From NCBI GenBank assembly GCA_947598485.1, contig CANQFJ010000001.1, forward strand, positions 11,469-75,468: a DNA stretch of 64,000 bases, given 5' to 3'. Position numbers and translations under genes: made by a program. Position 1 is the stretch's first letter. Every line of letters starts with the position of its first letter. This stretch comes from an uncultured Bacilli bacterium (GTDB lineage Bacteria > Bacillota_I > Bacilli_A > RF39 > UBA660). Of this stretch, positions 9,253 through 19,550 are shown one piece after another. The notes beneath the pieces are model-generated. The model made no database searches, was not told the DNA's origin, and was given only the letters and a program-made list of their open reading frames with translations.

Positions 9253-9918
9253 ATGTACGAAAGATTATATAATATATTTACAAAAGAAAAAGTTGAAAAA
9301 TTACATAAAGCTAACATTCTCTTGGCAGGAGTCGGAGGGGTTGGTTCTTTTTGCTTTGAAGCATTAATTAGAAGTGGAATTAAGAATATTACTATCATCG
9401 ATTATGACGTTTATGAAGAAAGTAACTTAAATCGTCAATTACATAGTAATATAAATAATATTGGTAGAAAAAAAGTTGAGGTATTAAAAGAATATGCTTT
9501 AAATATAAATCCCGAGATAAATGTTAAAATTATTGATGCATTTGTGGATGATAAATTAGATATTAATTTTTCTTCCTATGATTATGTTATTGATGCCATT
9601 GATAATATTATGGGCAAATGTCATTTGATTGAAAGGGCAATTAATGCTGATAAAAGGATTATTTCCTCGATGGGCATTGCTAAAAGAGTTGATGCTAGTA
9701 AAATAAAAGTTACAACTCTTGATAAAACCTATAATGACCCTTTAGCCAAAAAATTAAGACATGAACTTAAAAAGAGGAATATTAGTGGTAAAATAAAAGT
9801 TGTATTTTCAGAGGAAGAACCTGTCAAAATTGATAGTTTAGGCTCATATATGGTAGTTACTGCATATGCGGGTCTTCTTCTTGCTGATGCTGTTATAAAG
9901 GATATAATACATGAATGA
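9253..9918 (+). CDS. tcdA: ThiF/MoeB-family protein, most like tRNA threonylcarbamoyladenosine dehydratase TcdA
   Basis: N-terminal dinucleotide fold LLAGVGGVGSFCFEALIRSGI..ITIIDYDVYEESNLNRQ. 221 aa with no C-terminal rhodanese or Cys-rich domain. Confidence 0.7.
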   Translation: MYERLYNIFTKEKVEKLHKANILLAGVGGVGSFCFEALIRSGIKNITIIDYDVYEESNLNRQLHSNINNIGRKKVEVLKEYALNINPEINVKIIDAFVDDKLDINFSSYDYVIDAIDNIMGKCHLIERAINADKRIISSMGIAKRVDASKIKVTTLDKTYNDPLAKKLRHELKKRNISGKIKVVFSEEEPVKIDSLGSYMVVTAYAGLLLADAVIKDIIHE

Positions 9919-11770
9919 TTTAGAGAAAATAAAAAATGCCGATTTTATAAAAGATTTAAATAATGAAGAACTTGAAAAACTTTCGCAAAAAGTAAGAGAG
10001 TTTATTATTAATAAAGTTGCGAAAACCGGAGGACACTTATCTTCCAATTTAGGCGTTGTTGATTTAACAATTGCTTTATTAAAAGTATTTGATGTTAATA
10101 AAGATATTATATTATTTGATGTTGGCCATCAAGCTTATACCTATAAAATTCTTACCGGTAGAGCAAAAGATTTTGATAAATTACGTAAAAAAGATGGTTT
10201 ATGTGGGTTCCAATCCTTGAAGGAAAGTAAGTATGATCATTATGAAACAGGCCATAGTGGTACTTCCATTTCCGCGGGAGTAGGCTTTGCCCTTGCTAAT
10301 AAGCTAGATAATAGTGATCGTAACATCATATCAGTTATTGGCGACGGTTCTTTTTCAAATGGTCTTGCCTATGAGGCAATCAATCATTTAGGCGATCTAG
10401 GGATTAAACAAATTATTATTTTAAATGATAATCAAATGAGTATTTCCTTAAATGTTGGGGCCCTACATAATCTACTTGATAGTATTCGAAGCGCTAAGGG
10501 ATATAATAGTGTCAAAAAGGATGCTAAAAAGACACTTAAAAAAAGTAAAATTGGTAATTTTATCTATAATAAACTGGATAGTTTTAAAGATAGTTTAAAA
10601 AGAATTCATGTTAGACAAGGATCTATGTTTGAAGATCTAGGTATTAAATATTACGGACCCATAAATGGTCATGACTATAAGGAATTAATAAAATATTTGC
10701 AGATTGCTAAAGAAGCAGAAGGCCCAATTTTACTTCATGTGGTTACGCAAAAGGGAAGGGGATATCTTCCGGCGGAAAATGATAGTGAAGGAAAATATCA
10801 CGGTATTGGTTCGTTTGATGAAAAAACAGGTCTTATTACTGCCAAAACCAATTTACCATCTTATAGTGAAATTATTAGTTCTTACGTTTATAATTATGCC
10901 AAAAAAGATAAAGATATAATATGTATAACACCAGGTATGTGTTATGGTTCAAAACTCGAAGTTATAAAAGAAAAATTGCCACTTCAATATATTGATGTCG
11001 GCATATGTGAAGAACATGCTTTAGTGATGGCTAATACCTTAGCTTTAGCAGGTAAAAAGCCTTTTGTGTTCATCTACTCTAGCTTTATGCAAAGAGGAAT
11101 TGACGCCGTTATTCACGATATAGCAAGATGTCAAAGCAATGTAACAATATGTATAGATAGAGCAGGTTTTGTCTCTGAAGATGGTTCCTCACATCAAGGA
11201 TTATTTGATCTTCCGTTATTTTATAGTATTCCTAATATAGTTATTTCACAACCTAAAGATGCTCAAGAAGCTAATAATTTGCTTTTTACGGCCCTTAAAA
11301 CTGAAGGCCCTTTTGTCATTAGATATCCTAAAGAGAATATTAAATATGATTACTCATTAGCTAAACCGCTGGAGATAGGATCTTGGGAAGTTATCAGAAA
11401 GGGTAGTGATATAATTGTTATATCATATGGAGTATTTTTAGCAAAAGCTTTAAATACCGTGGAAAAACTATCCAAGGAACATATTGACGTTATGGTTATT
11501 AATGCTCGTTTTTTAAAACCCTATGATACAAGACTATTTAATGAGTTACTAAAAATGCATTTACCTATTATAGTGTACGAAGAAAGCTATCTTTCAGGCT
11601 CTTTGGGAAGTGTTTTAGCTATAGATGCACAAGAAGTAGGATTTAATAAATTATTCGTAATGGGGGCTAAAAATGTCTTTTATGAAACTGCTACCAGAGA
11701 GGAACTTATTAAAGAGGCTCATCTTACGGAAGAAGATTTATATGAACACATAAAAAGAAGACTGCGTTAA
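9911..11770 (+). CDS. dxs: 1-deoxy-D-xylulose-5-phosphate synthase
   Basis: GHSGTSISAGVGFA, IGDGSFSNGLAYEAINH and ICEEHA motifs over 619 aa. The start overlaps the tcdA stop (ATGAATGA). Confidence 0.92.
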   Translation: MNDLEKIKNADFIKDLNNEELEKLSQKVREFIINKVAKTGGHLSSNLGVVDLTIALLKVFDVNKDIILFDVGHQAYTYKILTGRAKDFDKLRKKDGLCGFQSLKESKYDHYETGHSGTSISAGVGFALANKLDNSDRNIISVIGDGSFSNGLAYEAINHLGDLGIKQIIILNDNQMSISLNVGALHNLLDSIRSAKGYNSVKKDAKKTLKKSKIGNFIYNKLDSFKDSLKRIHVRQGSMFEDLGIKYYGPINGHDYKELIKYLQIAKEAEGPILLHVVTQKGRGYLPAENDSEGKYHGIGSFDEKTGLITAKTNLPSYSEIISSYVYNYAKKDKDIICITPGMCYGSKLEVIKEKLPLQYIDVGICEEHALVMANTLALAGKKPFVFIYSSFMQRGIDAVIHDIARCQSNVTICIDRAGFVSEDGSSHQGLFDLPLFYSIPNIVISQPKDAQEANNLLFTALKTEGPFVIRYPKENIKYDYSLAKPLEIGSWEVIRKGSDIIVISYGVFLAKALNTVEKLSKEHIDVMVINARFLKPYDTRLFNELLKMHLPIIVYEESYLSGSLGSVLAIDAQEVGFNKLFVMGAKNVFYETATREELIKEAHLTEEDLYEHIKRRLR

Positions 11771-11783
11771 ACAGTCTTTTTAG
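11758..11783. terminator. Bidirectional terminator between convergent dxs and gpsA
   Basis: Stem aagactg/cagtctt (7 bp) with a 7-nt loop spanning the dxs stop codon, T-rich on the plus side, only 14 nt from the gpsA stop. Confidence 0.5.
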
Positions 11784-11784
11784 T

Positions 11785-12762
11785 TTATTCTTTATTAATA
11801 AGAAAATCGGCAAGTAGATGAGGGTCCTTTTTACCATCAACTATATCATTAATTAAGAAAATAAGGGGGATATCGATATTCTTACTATATAATAAATTAA
11901 CTATTGTTTTTAAAGTATAATATCCTTCGACAGTGGTATTATTCAAATATCTTTCTACTTCTTTATGATCTTTACTACTGCCTATTATATAGCCAAAAGA
12001 GTAATTACGGCTTTTTTTAGACATACTTGTCATTAATAAATCACCAACACCAGCGAATGATAAAACTGTTCGACCTTTACCTTTCAAAAGCTTAATTAAA
12101 TGTTTTATATCATGAAGTGATTCATTAATTAGGAAAGCTTGAGTGCTTTCACCATAACCTAGGCCTGCAAGGATACCAGATGCTATAGCGATAATGTTTT
12201 TAACGCTACCACATATTTGAACACCAATCAAATCACTTGATTTTCGTAGTTTTAGGGTTGGTCCACTTAAAGCCGTCATAACTTTCGCAATCGTCTTGTC
12301 ATTTGTTCCCGCGATAGCAAGAGCCACGGGCTCATTATTTATTACATCAATAGCAAACGTTGGTCCAGATATGACAGTAATATTTTTCGTGGGAAGTATT
12401 TCTTTGATAATATTTGAGAGTAGTTTGCCACTTTTTTCTTCAATTCCTTTACTTGCAATACATACTGGAGTATCTTTTTCAAAAAAAGGGAGCATATCTT
12501 TAGCAACACTTGAAACGTATTTGGAAGCACAAGTGATGAATACAATGTCGGGTTTTACTAAAGCATCTTGAATGGAGCCCGTTACAGTAATATTATTTGG
12601 TAAATCGTAACTTTCAATAATTGACTTAAGATTTTTAGTCGTTGCATACTCTTTAATTTTATCCTTGTTTTCACTCCACATGGTTATATCATGGTTATTT
12701 TTGGCAAGACAGCTTGCTATAGCAAGGCCGTAGGCACCTGTCCCAATTAAACTTATTTTCAT
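11785..12762 (-). CDS. gpsA: NAD(P)H-dependent glycerol-3-phosphate dehydrogenase
   Basis: N-terminal Rossmann fold MKISLIGTGAYG, plus GPTFAIDV and KNIIAIASGI motifs. 325 aa. ATGA overlap with the upstream rarA. Confidence 0.85.
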   Translation of the reverse strand: MKISLIGTGAYGLAIASCLAKNNHDITMWSENKDKIKEYATTKNLKSIIESYDLPNNITVTGSIQDALVKPDIVFITCASKYVSSVAKDMLPFFEKDTPVCIASKGIEEKSGKLLSNIIKEILPTKNITVISGPTFAIDVINNEPVALAIAGTNDKTIAKVMTALSGPTLKLRKSSDLIGVQICGSVKNIIAIASGILAGLGYGESTQAFLINESLHDIKHLIKLLKGKGRTVLSFAGVGDLLMTSMSKKSRNYSFGYIIGSSKDHKEVERYLNNTTVEGYYTLKTIVNLLYSKNIDIPLIFLINDIVDGKKDPHLLADFLINKE

Positions 12763-13958
12763 TTTTTACCTGTTCTTTCTTTATATATTTTATTTAAGTT
12801 ATTTTCGACATTATTATCTTTAGGAATATAATATTTATGATTAACAATATCATCGGGTAAGTATTGCTGAGCAACATAACTATTATAATATTCATGGGGA
12901 TATTTATAGTCTTTAGAATTAGTTTTTATATGATTAGGAATCTTTTTACCATGTCCCATATTTATATCTTCCATAGCTCTATTTAAAGCGGTATTAGTGC
13001 TGTTGCTTTTAGGTGATAAAGCCATTTCTGTAACTATATAGGCAAGGGGAATTTGGGCTTCAGGTAGTCCAACTCTTTCCGCGGCATTTATAGCACTATC
13101 AAGTCTTGGACCGATACCTGGATTAGCAAGTCCAATGTCTTCGTAAGCAATTACTGATAGTCTTCTTTCAATGGAATCTAAATCACCCATAGTAAGTAAT
13201 CTTGCTAGATAATATATACTTGCATCTACATCTGAGCCTCTTATAGATTTTTGCAAAGCAGATAGCATATCATAATAGGCATCATCGTTACCATCAAGAT
13301 ATAAATTAGGTTTACTATCAATTTGTTTTAAAACGTCGATGGTAATTTTATGGTCACTGCAACTATAGTAGGCCACCTCCAAAAGATTAAAAGCACTTCT
13401 TAAATCGCCACAGGCATAGGAAGCAATATATTTGGCAGCCTCTTTAGTTATCGAAGCATTATCTAAGGCTTTTATTCCTCGATTAATTCCTTTTATAATA
13501 TCTTCTTCACTTAATTCATGTAATTCTAAAACTTGTGATCTACTACGAATTGCGGGATTAACTTTCATATAAGGGTTAGAAGTTGTAAGGCCAATTAAAA
13601 TAATAGAGCCATTTTCAACATAGGGAAGGAGAATATCTTGTTTATCTTTATTCATGCGATGAATTTCATCAATTATTAAGACAATATCATCAAAGCCTTT
13701 AGCTTTTTCAATGGCGGCTTCAAAATCAGCTTTATTGTTAATTGTGGCATTTAAAAAAACGACCTCTTTATTTATTTCTTTAGCTATTACTCTAGCTAAA
13801 GAAGTTTTACCTGTACCTGGTCTTCCGTATAAAATTAAAGAAAACATTTTATGGTTATCAATTAAGTTTCTAAGAATTTTTCCTTTGCCAACTAAATGCT
13901 CTTGACCTAGAATTTCGTCTAATGAATTAGGTCGTAATTTATCTGCCAAAATTTCCAT
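12759..13958 (-). CDS. rarA: Replication-associated recombination protein A (AAA+ ATPase RarA/MgsA)
   Basis: LRPNSLDEILGQEHL, Walker A LYGRPGTGKTSLA, IIDEIHRMNK, and the MgsA C-terminal region DAYYDMLSALQKSIRGSD. Confidence 0.88.
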   Translation of the reverse strand: MEILADKLRPNSLDEILGQEHLVGKGKILRNLIDNHKMFSLILYGRPGTGKTSLARVIAKEINKEVVFLNATINNKADFEAAIEKAKGFDDIVLIIDEIHRMNKDKQDILLPYVENGSIILIGLTTSNPYMKVNPAIRSRSQVLELHELSEEDIIKGINRGIKALDNASITKEAAKYIASYACGDLRSAFNLLEVAYYSCSDHKITIDVLKQIDSKPNLYLDGNDDAYYDMLSALQKSIRGSDVDASIYYLARLLTMGDLDSIERRLSVIAYEDIGLANPGIGPRLDSAINAAERVGLPEAQIPLAYIVTEMALSPKSNSTNTALNRAMEDINMGHGKKIPNHIKTNSKDYKYPHEYYNSYVAQQYLPDDIVNHKYYIPKDNNVENNLNKIYKERTGKK

Positions 13959-14043
13959 TTTTACCTCGCATTTGTATTATATCATAATTGACTTTAATAA
14001 TATATGGGTGGTAGAATATTAGACATACAAAAGGAGAAAACTT

Positions 14044-14598
14044 ATGGATATTATTGGCCTTCGTGATATTGTTATGGCAGATGTTAAAAAAAGCATTAAT
14101 GAAAAATATCACTCTTATGATAATAATACGAGTTGGTATACAGCTTTAGATGAAAACGGAAGCGAAGTGCAAATTAGTAGCCTTTTATTTTCTGCATCTG
14201 TTACTTCTTTTAACTCTTTTACTAAATATCAATTTTTAAAAGCTCTTGGGGAAACCTTTACTTATTATAAATTTCAAGCAAACCAAAATGGTGGCTTAAA
14301 TATAATTCAAGGACGCTGTGTAAGGAGCGATGATGACAAATTTTTAGTAATGGCCAAAGCGGCAACTATCGAGGGTTATAGTGAAGACATTTTTAGGGTT
14401 ATTTCTCCTCGTTTAAATTCTTTTTGTGGTATTACCATAGAGGATACAATAAATTTTTTAGAGATATATCAAGGTCATCTAACATACGTTTCAGACCCTG
14501 AATATGTTTTTGATGTTCATGGGCAAGATATCTTTACGTCCATGGAAGAAGCTGTAAAAACTTGTGAGCAAAAGCTTAGTGACAATCCTTCAAGATAA
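14044..14598 (+). CDS. Hypothetical cytoplasmic protein (184 aa)
   Basis: AAGGAG RBS 6 nt upstream of the ATG. No motif I recognise. Confidence 0.6.
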   Translation: MDIIGLRDIVMADVKKSINEKYHSYDNNTSWYTALDENGSEVQISSLLFSASVTSFNSFTKYQFLKALGETFTYYKFQANQNGGLNIIQGRCVRSDDDKFLVMAKAATIEGYSEDIFRVISPRLNSFCGITIEDTINFLEIYQGHLTYVSDPEYVFDVHGQDIFTSMEEAVKTCEQKLSDNPSR

Positions 14599-14627
14599 TT
14601 AACAATTATCTTTTTTTTTGCTATAAT
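14599..14627 (+). promoter_or_regulatory. Promoter candidate for the Xer recombinase gene
   Basis: TTAACA (14599..14604), a 17-nt spacer containing a T9 tract, and TATAAT (14622..14627). Confidence 0.45.
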
Positions 14628-14644
14628 TAAAATAGTGATGTCGT

Positions 14645-15520
14645 ATGAATAATGATTATATTAATAAGTACTTAGATTATTTAAAATATGAAAGAAAACT
14701 ATCTAATAATACTTATGAGTCTTATTATTATAACTTAGATAAATTTAATAATTTTTTTGCTAAAAGAGATTTACTTACGCTTTCTACTGATGATATAAGA
14801 AATTTCTTATATGATGAAAATATATCCGCTAAAACAAGAGCTCATTATTTGACAGTTATTAACTCTTTCTATACTTATTTACTCGAAAATAAAATAATTG
14901 ATAAAATACCTACTAGCACTATTAAGCTTCCTAAACTTGCCAAAAAGCTCCCAGAATTTTTAACTATTGAAGAAGTTGATAAGCTTCTAAATATTAATCC
15001 TACAAAACCTATAGATTATCGCAACGTTGCGATGCTTGAAACGCTTTATGCCACGGGTCTTAGAGTAAGTGAGCTTGTGAATTTAGAAATTAGCAATATT
15101 GATTTTGATGAGTGTATAGTTCGTGTATTTGGCAAGGGTAGTAAAGAAAGAATTGTACCAATTAATGACTCGGCTAGAAATGCTTTAAATACTTATATTA
15201 ATGAGTATAGAGATTATTTATTAAAAGATAAGAATAGTTCATTTGTTTTTATTAATAATTTAGGCAGTAAGATAACTAGACAAGGTTTTTTTAAAATACT
15301 AAAAAAAATATGCCGAGAAAACGGTATTGAAAAACACGTTTCTCCGCATACTTTAAGACACTCTTTTGCCACCCATTTATTAAATAATGGGGCAGATTTA
15401 AGAGTTATTCAAGAACTTCTTGGGCATAGCAATATTACTACTACTGAAATCTATTCACATATATCTAATACAAAGGTACATGATGATTATAGCTTTCATC
15501 CAAGAAACGATCAAGAATAA
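14645..15520 (+). CDS. Tyrosine site-specific recombinase, XerC/XerD family
   Basis: N-terminal SAM-like domain (YLKYERKLSNNTYESY). Catalytic signature ATGLRVSEL .. HTLRHSFATHLL .. LGHSNITTTEIYSH. Confidence 0.85.
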   Translation: MNNDYINKYLDYLKYERKLSNNTYESYYYNLDKFNNFFAKRDLLTLSTDDIRNFLYDENISAKTRAHYLTVINSFYTYLLENKIIDKIPTSTIKLPKLAKKLPEFLTIEEVDKLLNINPTKPIDYRNVAMLETLYATGLRVSELVNLEISNIDFDECIVRVFGKGSKERIVPINDSARNALNTYINEYRDYLLKDKNSSFVFINNLGSKITRQGFFKILKKICRENGIEKHVSPHTLRHSFATHLLNNGADLRVIQELLGHSNITTTEIYSHISNTKVHDDYSFHPRNDQE

Positions 15521-15524
15521 TTAA

Positions 15525-15683
15525 TTATTTTGCACTTGATTTTGCATTACTTCTGGCGTTAGATCTTGCATTTGATCTAGCGTTAGAGTTAGCTCTGGCA
15601 TTTGATCTTGCATTAGAGTTAGCTCTAGCGTTGCTTCTAGCTTTTGCACCAGCAGCATTTGCGCGTGCTTTACTATTATTCAT
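15525..15683 (-). CDS. Small basic Ala/Asn/Arg/Ser repeat protein, 52 aa (MNNSKARANAAGAKARSNARANSNARSNARANSNARSNARSNARSNAKSSAK)
   Basis: My own translation; it falls below the 60-aa cutoff of the ORF track. ATG 15683 lies 4 nt after AGGAGG. The coding DNA consists of ~30-nt tandem units. It is co-oriented with, and 61 nt downstream of, the 447-aa gene. Confidence 0.5.
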   Translation of the reverse strand: MNNSKARANAAGAKARSNARANSNARSNARANSNARSNARSNARSNAKSSAK

Positions 15684-15744
15684 ATTACCTCCTACAAATA
15701 GTATGGATAATATTTAATAATATATCATGGAAATAATTGGAACT

Positions 15745-17088
15745 TTAATTTTCTCTTTTTAAAGTCATTTCGGCAGGTTCAGGAATATCCTCACTACCAA
15801 ATATTTCCTGACTATTGTTTACAAAGCCGTCATGAAACCAGGTAATGCTATTAATCCAAGTATCCATTGTAGCTTTGCAGGAAAGCAAATTAGCATTATT
15901 GGGATTTTCATAAATTTGATAGATTAAACCGGCATTGCCAAATACATAGGTGCCAGCAAGCTCATATATATTTTGAAAGCCAAAGGCTTCATATCTTTTT
16001 AAATTTCGACAGTGAGCTATAATACCTGCTTCAGGGCTTACATAAGTATAAAAGCCCGCACTACCTCTTAAACCGCCAAAATTATTATTATTTTGCGCAA
16101 GATTACTTGTAAGTCTTCCTGTTTCTAAATATGTTATTCCTAAAAGCCAATACTTATCTATTTGTAATAGGTCACAAACATGGCCAAAAAATTGTTCAAA
16201 AGTTTGTCCATTTGCAAGAATATGATCTGGCGATAGAGTAGTAATAGAGGAATCGAGGACAAAATTATCAATTGAATAGCCATAATCTAATAAACTGATA
16301 GCCAAATTATTATTGTATAACTCGTGAACGAATATTAGACAAGCGGCCTCTTTACTATTGATATCATAATTATCAGTACCAATTATATCTTGAAAATCTA
16401 GGGTATAATTATTTGTTACTTTACGAGCAAATTCGACTACTTTTTCACCATCTAAATGAAAGTAATTAGCATAGGTTTTTATGTAGTTATCATATTCTGA
16501 TTCTTCCTTAATTTCACTTACGTTATACGAAATGTCTTTATTATTTTCATCAAGCATAGCATAACTATTGTCATCTACTAATGAGTCACTATCCAATAAG
16601 TAGGGCTCTAATACATCGTCTTTTTTACCTAAGGTACCAAAATTAATTTTTGATATACTTAAAACTAGTATTCCTAAAGCCATGCCAAGGGGAGCAATAT
16701 GGCTGTGGAAAAAAGAAAATCTTTTTTTGTGAGCTTTAGTAGGAGGCTTCTTAGTAATGATTTTATTACCTTCCTCATCAGTAATAGTCAAGTTATATCC
16801 CTTGGCTTTTTTCACTTTTGCAATGTCTTTTCTTAATTCTTTAAATTTTTTATCATTAAGAACCCTTGTATCATTTAATATCACTATTACAGTAGAGGAT
16901 TTACCAAATTTCCTTTTGCTTTTTAAAATAATAAACTTGTCTTCATATGTTATAGTATATCCGGCATGAATAAAGTTTCTAATAATGGTTTTATATTCTT
17001 TATGGTTTTTAGAAATTTTTTCACCATTTAGAAATTCTTCAAATAGAAAACCATTCTTTTTCCAATATATAGCATATTTTTTAGGCAT
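15745..17088 (-). CDS. Membrane protein with C-terminal N-acetylglucosaminidase-like (FlgJ/Atl-type) domain
   Basis: GGAG RBS. Basic N-terminal domain and a single TM (IAPLGMALGILVLSI). The C-terminal ..LAQNNNNFGGLRGSAGFYTYVSPEAGI.. resembles the glucosaminidase motif. Confidence 0.6.
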   Translation of the reverse strand: MPKKYAIYWKKNGFLFEEFLNGEKISKNHKEYKTIIRNFIHAGYTITYEDKFIILKSKRKFGKSSTVIVILNDTRVLNDKKFKELRKDIAKVKKAKGYNLTITDEEGNKIITKKPPTKAHKKRFSFFHSHIAPLGMALGILVLSISKINFGTLGKKDDVLEPYLLDSDSLVDDNSYAMLDENNKDISYNVSEIKEESEYDNYIKTYANYFHLDGEKVVEFARKVTNNYTLDFQDIIGTDNYDINSKEAACLIFVHELYNNNLAISLLDYGYSIDNFVLDSSITTLSPDHILANGQTFEQFFGHVCDLLQIDKYWLLGITYLETGRLTSNLAQNNNNFGGLRGSAGFYTYVSPEAGIIAHCRNLKRYEAFGFQNIYELAGTYVFGNAGLIYQIYENPNNANLLSCKATMDTWINSITWFHDGFVNNSQEIFGSEDIPEPAEMTLKREN

Positions 17089-17338
17089 TTATTTCTCCTT
17101 CATTAATTTTATTCATAAGAAATTTATTAATGAATTTCCATTCATCACTAGAAGAAACATCATAAATTCTTATGACATTATTTTCTTTTGGTTCATATTT
17201 ACCTACTAAGATATCTATTTTATTATTTATTTTATCTTTCTTGGCATAAGCTATATAATGATTATCATTATTATGGAAAACAGCGACGACTTTACCTTCG
17301 TGACGTACATTATTAGCATCCAAAAAGCTTATTATCAT
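17081..17338 (-). CDS. Small cytoplasmic protein, DUF1292/UPF0473-like
   Basis: The listed ORF starts at a TTG (17347); the first ATG is at 17338. The pattern ..FLDANNVRHEGKVVAVF..NHYIAY.. followed by an acidic C-terminus resembles DUF1292. It overlaps the downstream gene by 8 nt. Confidence 0.45.
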   Translation of the reverse strand: MIISFLDANNVRHEGKVVAVFHNNDNHYIAYAKKDKINNKIDILVGKYEPKENNVIRIYDVSSSDEWKFINKFLMNKINEGEINA

Positions 17339-17422
17339 ATTAACCAAAAACCCCTTTATAACGGCATATTCCCGTTACAAGCTCTATATTCTAACATAAA
17401 ATGCTTTTTTTAGCAAGTTTGG

Positions 17423-18181
17423 ATGCTTTATAGCATATATATTGTTATGAATATAAAATTGGCATTAATATTATCATTGCTTGCGGGGCTTTCCACCGTA
17501 GTAGGGGGTTTACTAATATTCATTCCCTTTAAAGAGAAAAATAAAGATAAGATTATTTCTTTTTCTTTGAGCTTTTCAATGGTGATTATGATCGGCGTAA
17601 GTATCTTTGATTTAATTCCTGAGGCTATCAAAGAAAGTAGTAATAAGGTTTTGCTTTTAAGCCTAATAATCCCTCTTTTAGGAATAAGTTATTTATTATT
17701 GAAGTTAATTTATCATCTTTTAAATAAAATTGATAATAAACTTTATAAGTTAGGTATTTTATCAATGATAACATTAATGATTCATAATTTCCCTGAGGGA
17801 ATTCTGACTTTTTTAAGCACCTATTTAGATACAAGTTTGGGAATAAAGTTAACAATAGCTATTGCCATGCATAATATTCCTGAGGGTATTGCTATAGCAG
17901 TTCCCATTTTTTATGCTACCGGCTCAAGGTTAAAAGCCATTAGTAAAACGTTCATATCTGGTTTAGCAGAACCTTTAGGAGCCATTTTATCATATATTTT
18001 CCTAGCAAGATATATAAGCCCATTTGCAATATCACTTATTTTGGTTATTGTAAGTGGCATTATGATCACGTTAGCACTTGAAGATATTTTCCCTGAAGCC
18101 TTAAAATATAATAGCAAAAAATTTATTGTGATAGGTATGCTGACAGGATTAATATTTATGATTATAAGTTTAATAATTTAA
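17423..18181 (+). CDS. zupT: ZIP-family zinc transporter
   Basis: HNFPEGI and AMHNIPEGIAIAVP motifs with about 8 TM segments. An alternative start at ATG 17447 (MNIKLAL..) is equally plausible. Confidence 0.8.
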   Translation: MLYSIYIVMNIKLALILSLLAGLSTVVGGLLIFIPFKEKNKDKIISFSLSFSMVIMIGVSIFDLIPEAIKESSNKVLLLSLIIPLLGISYLLLKLIYHLLNKIDNKLYKLGILSMITLMIHNFPEGILTFLSTYLDTSLGIKLTIAIAMHNIPEGIAIAVPIFYATGSRLKAISKTFISGLAEPLGAILSYIFLARYISPFAISLILVIVSGIMITLALEDIFPEALKYNSKKFIVIGMLTGLIFMIISLII

Positions 18182-18218
18182 TTGAAAGTGATATAATCAT
18201 ATATGATATGAGGTAATT

Positions 18219-19526
18219 ATGAAAAAGTTAATTCTATTTTTCTTATTATTAATTCCCAATGTTGCTTTAGCCCAAGAGATTACTTCAAAGTGCACAATAA
18301 CCTCAAATAAGACCGTATATAAGGAATTAACGGATGATGATTTTACTTCTTATGTAAGCTTTAATAAAGATGAAGAAATTAATATTATTTGCCCATCGAA
18401 AATTACCTATCTTTATATAAGTTATGATAAAAACTATGTACCGGGCAAGATAACGGGTAATAAATCTTATTCTTTAGGAGAAAATGAGTATCTTCATGAA
18501 CTTGTAAAACTTGAAGATGAAGACAATATAACAATAAAATATGATGAAGATTATATATTAACGGATATTTATGTTTTTGATGAACAATTACCTAATTGGG
18601 TTCAAAATTGGGAAAGATTAAGTGATTGTGACTTAATGCTTTTTTCAACTCACTCTGATGATGAGCAACTATTTTTCGCAGGCTTACTTCCCACCTATGT
18701 TGATCGGGGTAAGAAAATCGAAGTAGTATATTATACAAATCATTATAATAATATCAGTAGATACCATGAGCTTTTAAATGGCCTTTGGACTCTAGGAATA
18801 AAGTATTACCCAGAGATAAGTGTTTTTCCTGATGAGTATTCAGAAAATCTTGATGATGCCTTAAATTATTTAAATGAAGCTGGTTATACTGAAGATGATG
18901 CCATTAATTTTCAAGTTGATATGATTAGAAAATATAAACCTAAAGTAGTAGTAGGGCATGATGAGAAAGGGGAGTACTCTCATGGCCAACATATTCTTAA
19001 TACCTATACCCTAGAAAAAGCAATCTTTAAAGCCGCGGATGAAAATTATAAAACCAATAACGATTATAAAGCCTATCAAATAAATAAATTATATTTACAT
19101 TTATACGAAGAAAAGCCTATTGTTATGAATTATGATATTCCTTTAGATTCCTTTGCAGGCAAAACTGCCTATGAAGTTGCTAAAGAAGGATATGCTAAAC
19201 ATTTATCTCAACAATATACATGGTTTACTTCATGGCTTGTAGGTGATAATAATGAATATACCAAAGCTACTGAAATCTCAGAATATTCACCTTGTAACTT
19301 TGGCTTATACTACTCCAACGTGGGAGATGACATTAATAAAGATGATATGTTTGAAAACATTGTAGATAAAATAATTGAAGAAAAACCAAATAAGGAACCC
19401 GTAGTAGATATAAAAAATATTGACAATAAGATATCTTGGCAAATGATTTTAGGAACCTTTTTAATACTTACTAGTATGACCGGGTTCTTAATAATATTTA
19501 TAATAAGATCAAGATACACTAAATAA
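18219..19526 (+). CDS. Secreted/membrane-tethered PIG-L (LmbE) family deacetylase
   Basis: Signal peptide MKKLILFFLLLIPNVALA, the PIG-L motif LFSTHSDDEQLFF, a downstream HGQHIL, and a C-terminal TM (ILGTFLILTSMTGFLIIFII). Confidence 0.7.
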   Translation: MKKLILFFLLLIPNVALAQEITSKCTITSNKTVYKELTDDDFTSYVSFNKDEEINIICPSKITYLYISYDKNYVPGKITGNKSYSLGENEYLHELVKLEDEDNITIKYDEDYILTDIYVFDEQLPNWVQNWERLSDCDLMLFSTHSDDEQLFFAGLLPTYVDRGKKIEVVYYTNHYNNISRYHELLNGLWTLGIKYYPEISVFPDEYSENLDDALNYLNEAGYTEDDAINFQVDMIRKYKPKVVVGHDEKGEYSHGQHILNTYTLEKAIFKAADENYKTNNDYKAYQINKLYLHLYEEKPIVMNYDIPLDSFAGKTAYEVAKEGYAKHLSQQYTWFTSWLVGDNNEYTKATEISEYSPCNFGLYYSNVGDDINKDDMFENIVDKIIEEKPNKEPVVDIKNIDNKISWQMILGTFLILTSMTGFLIIFIIRSRYTK

Positions 19527-19550
19527 GAAAGGTAAGATACTTAACTTTCT
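19526..19550. terminator. Hairpin at the 3' end of the deacetylase gene (weak terminator candidate)
   Basis: Stem agaaaggtaag/cttaactttct (11 bp, 1 mismatch) with a 3-nt loop, starting at the last base of the stop codon. No clear U-tract. Confidence 0.3.

Noticed and set aside
9126-9398. 90-aa minus-strand ORF spanning the tcdA start
   Set aside because: It overlaps the conserved Rossmann-fold N-terminus of tcdA in antisense. It has no RBS, and its translation has no features.
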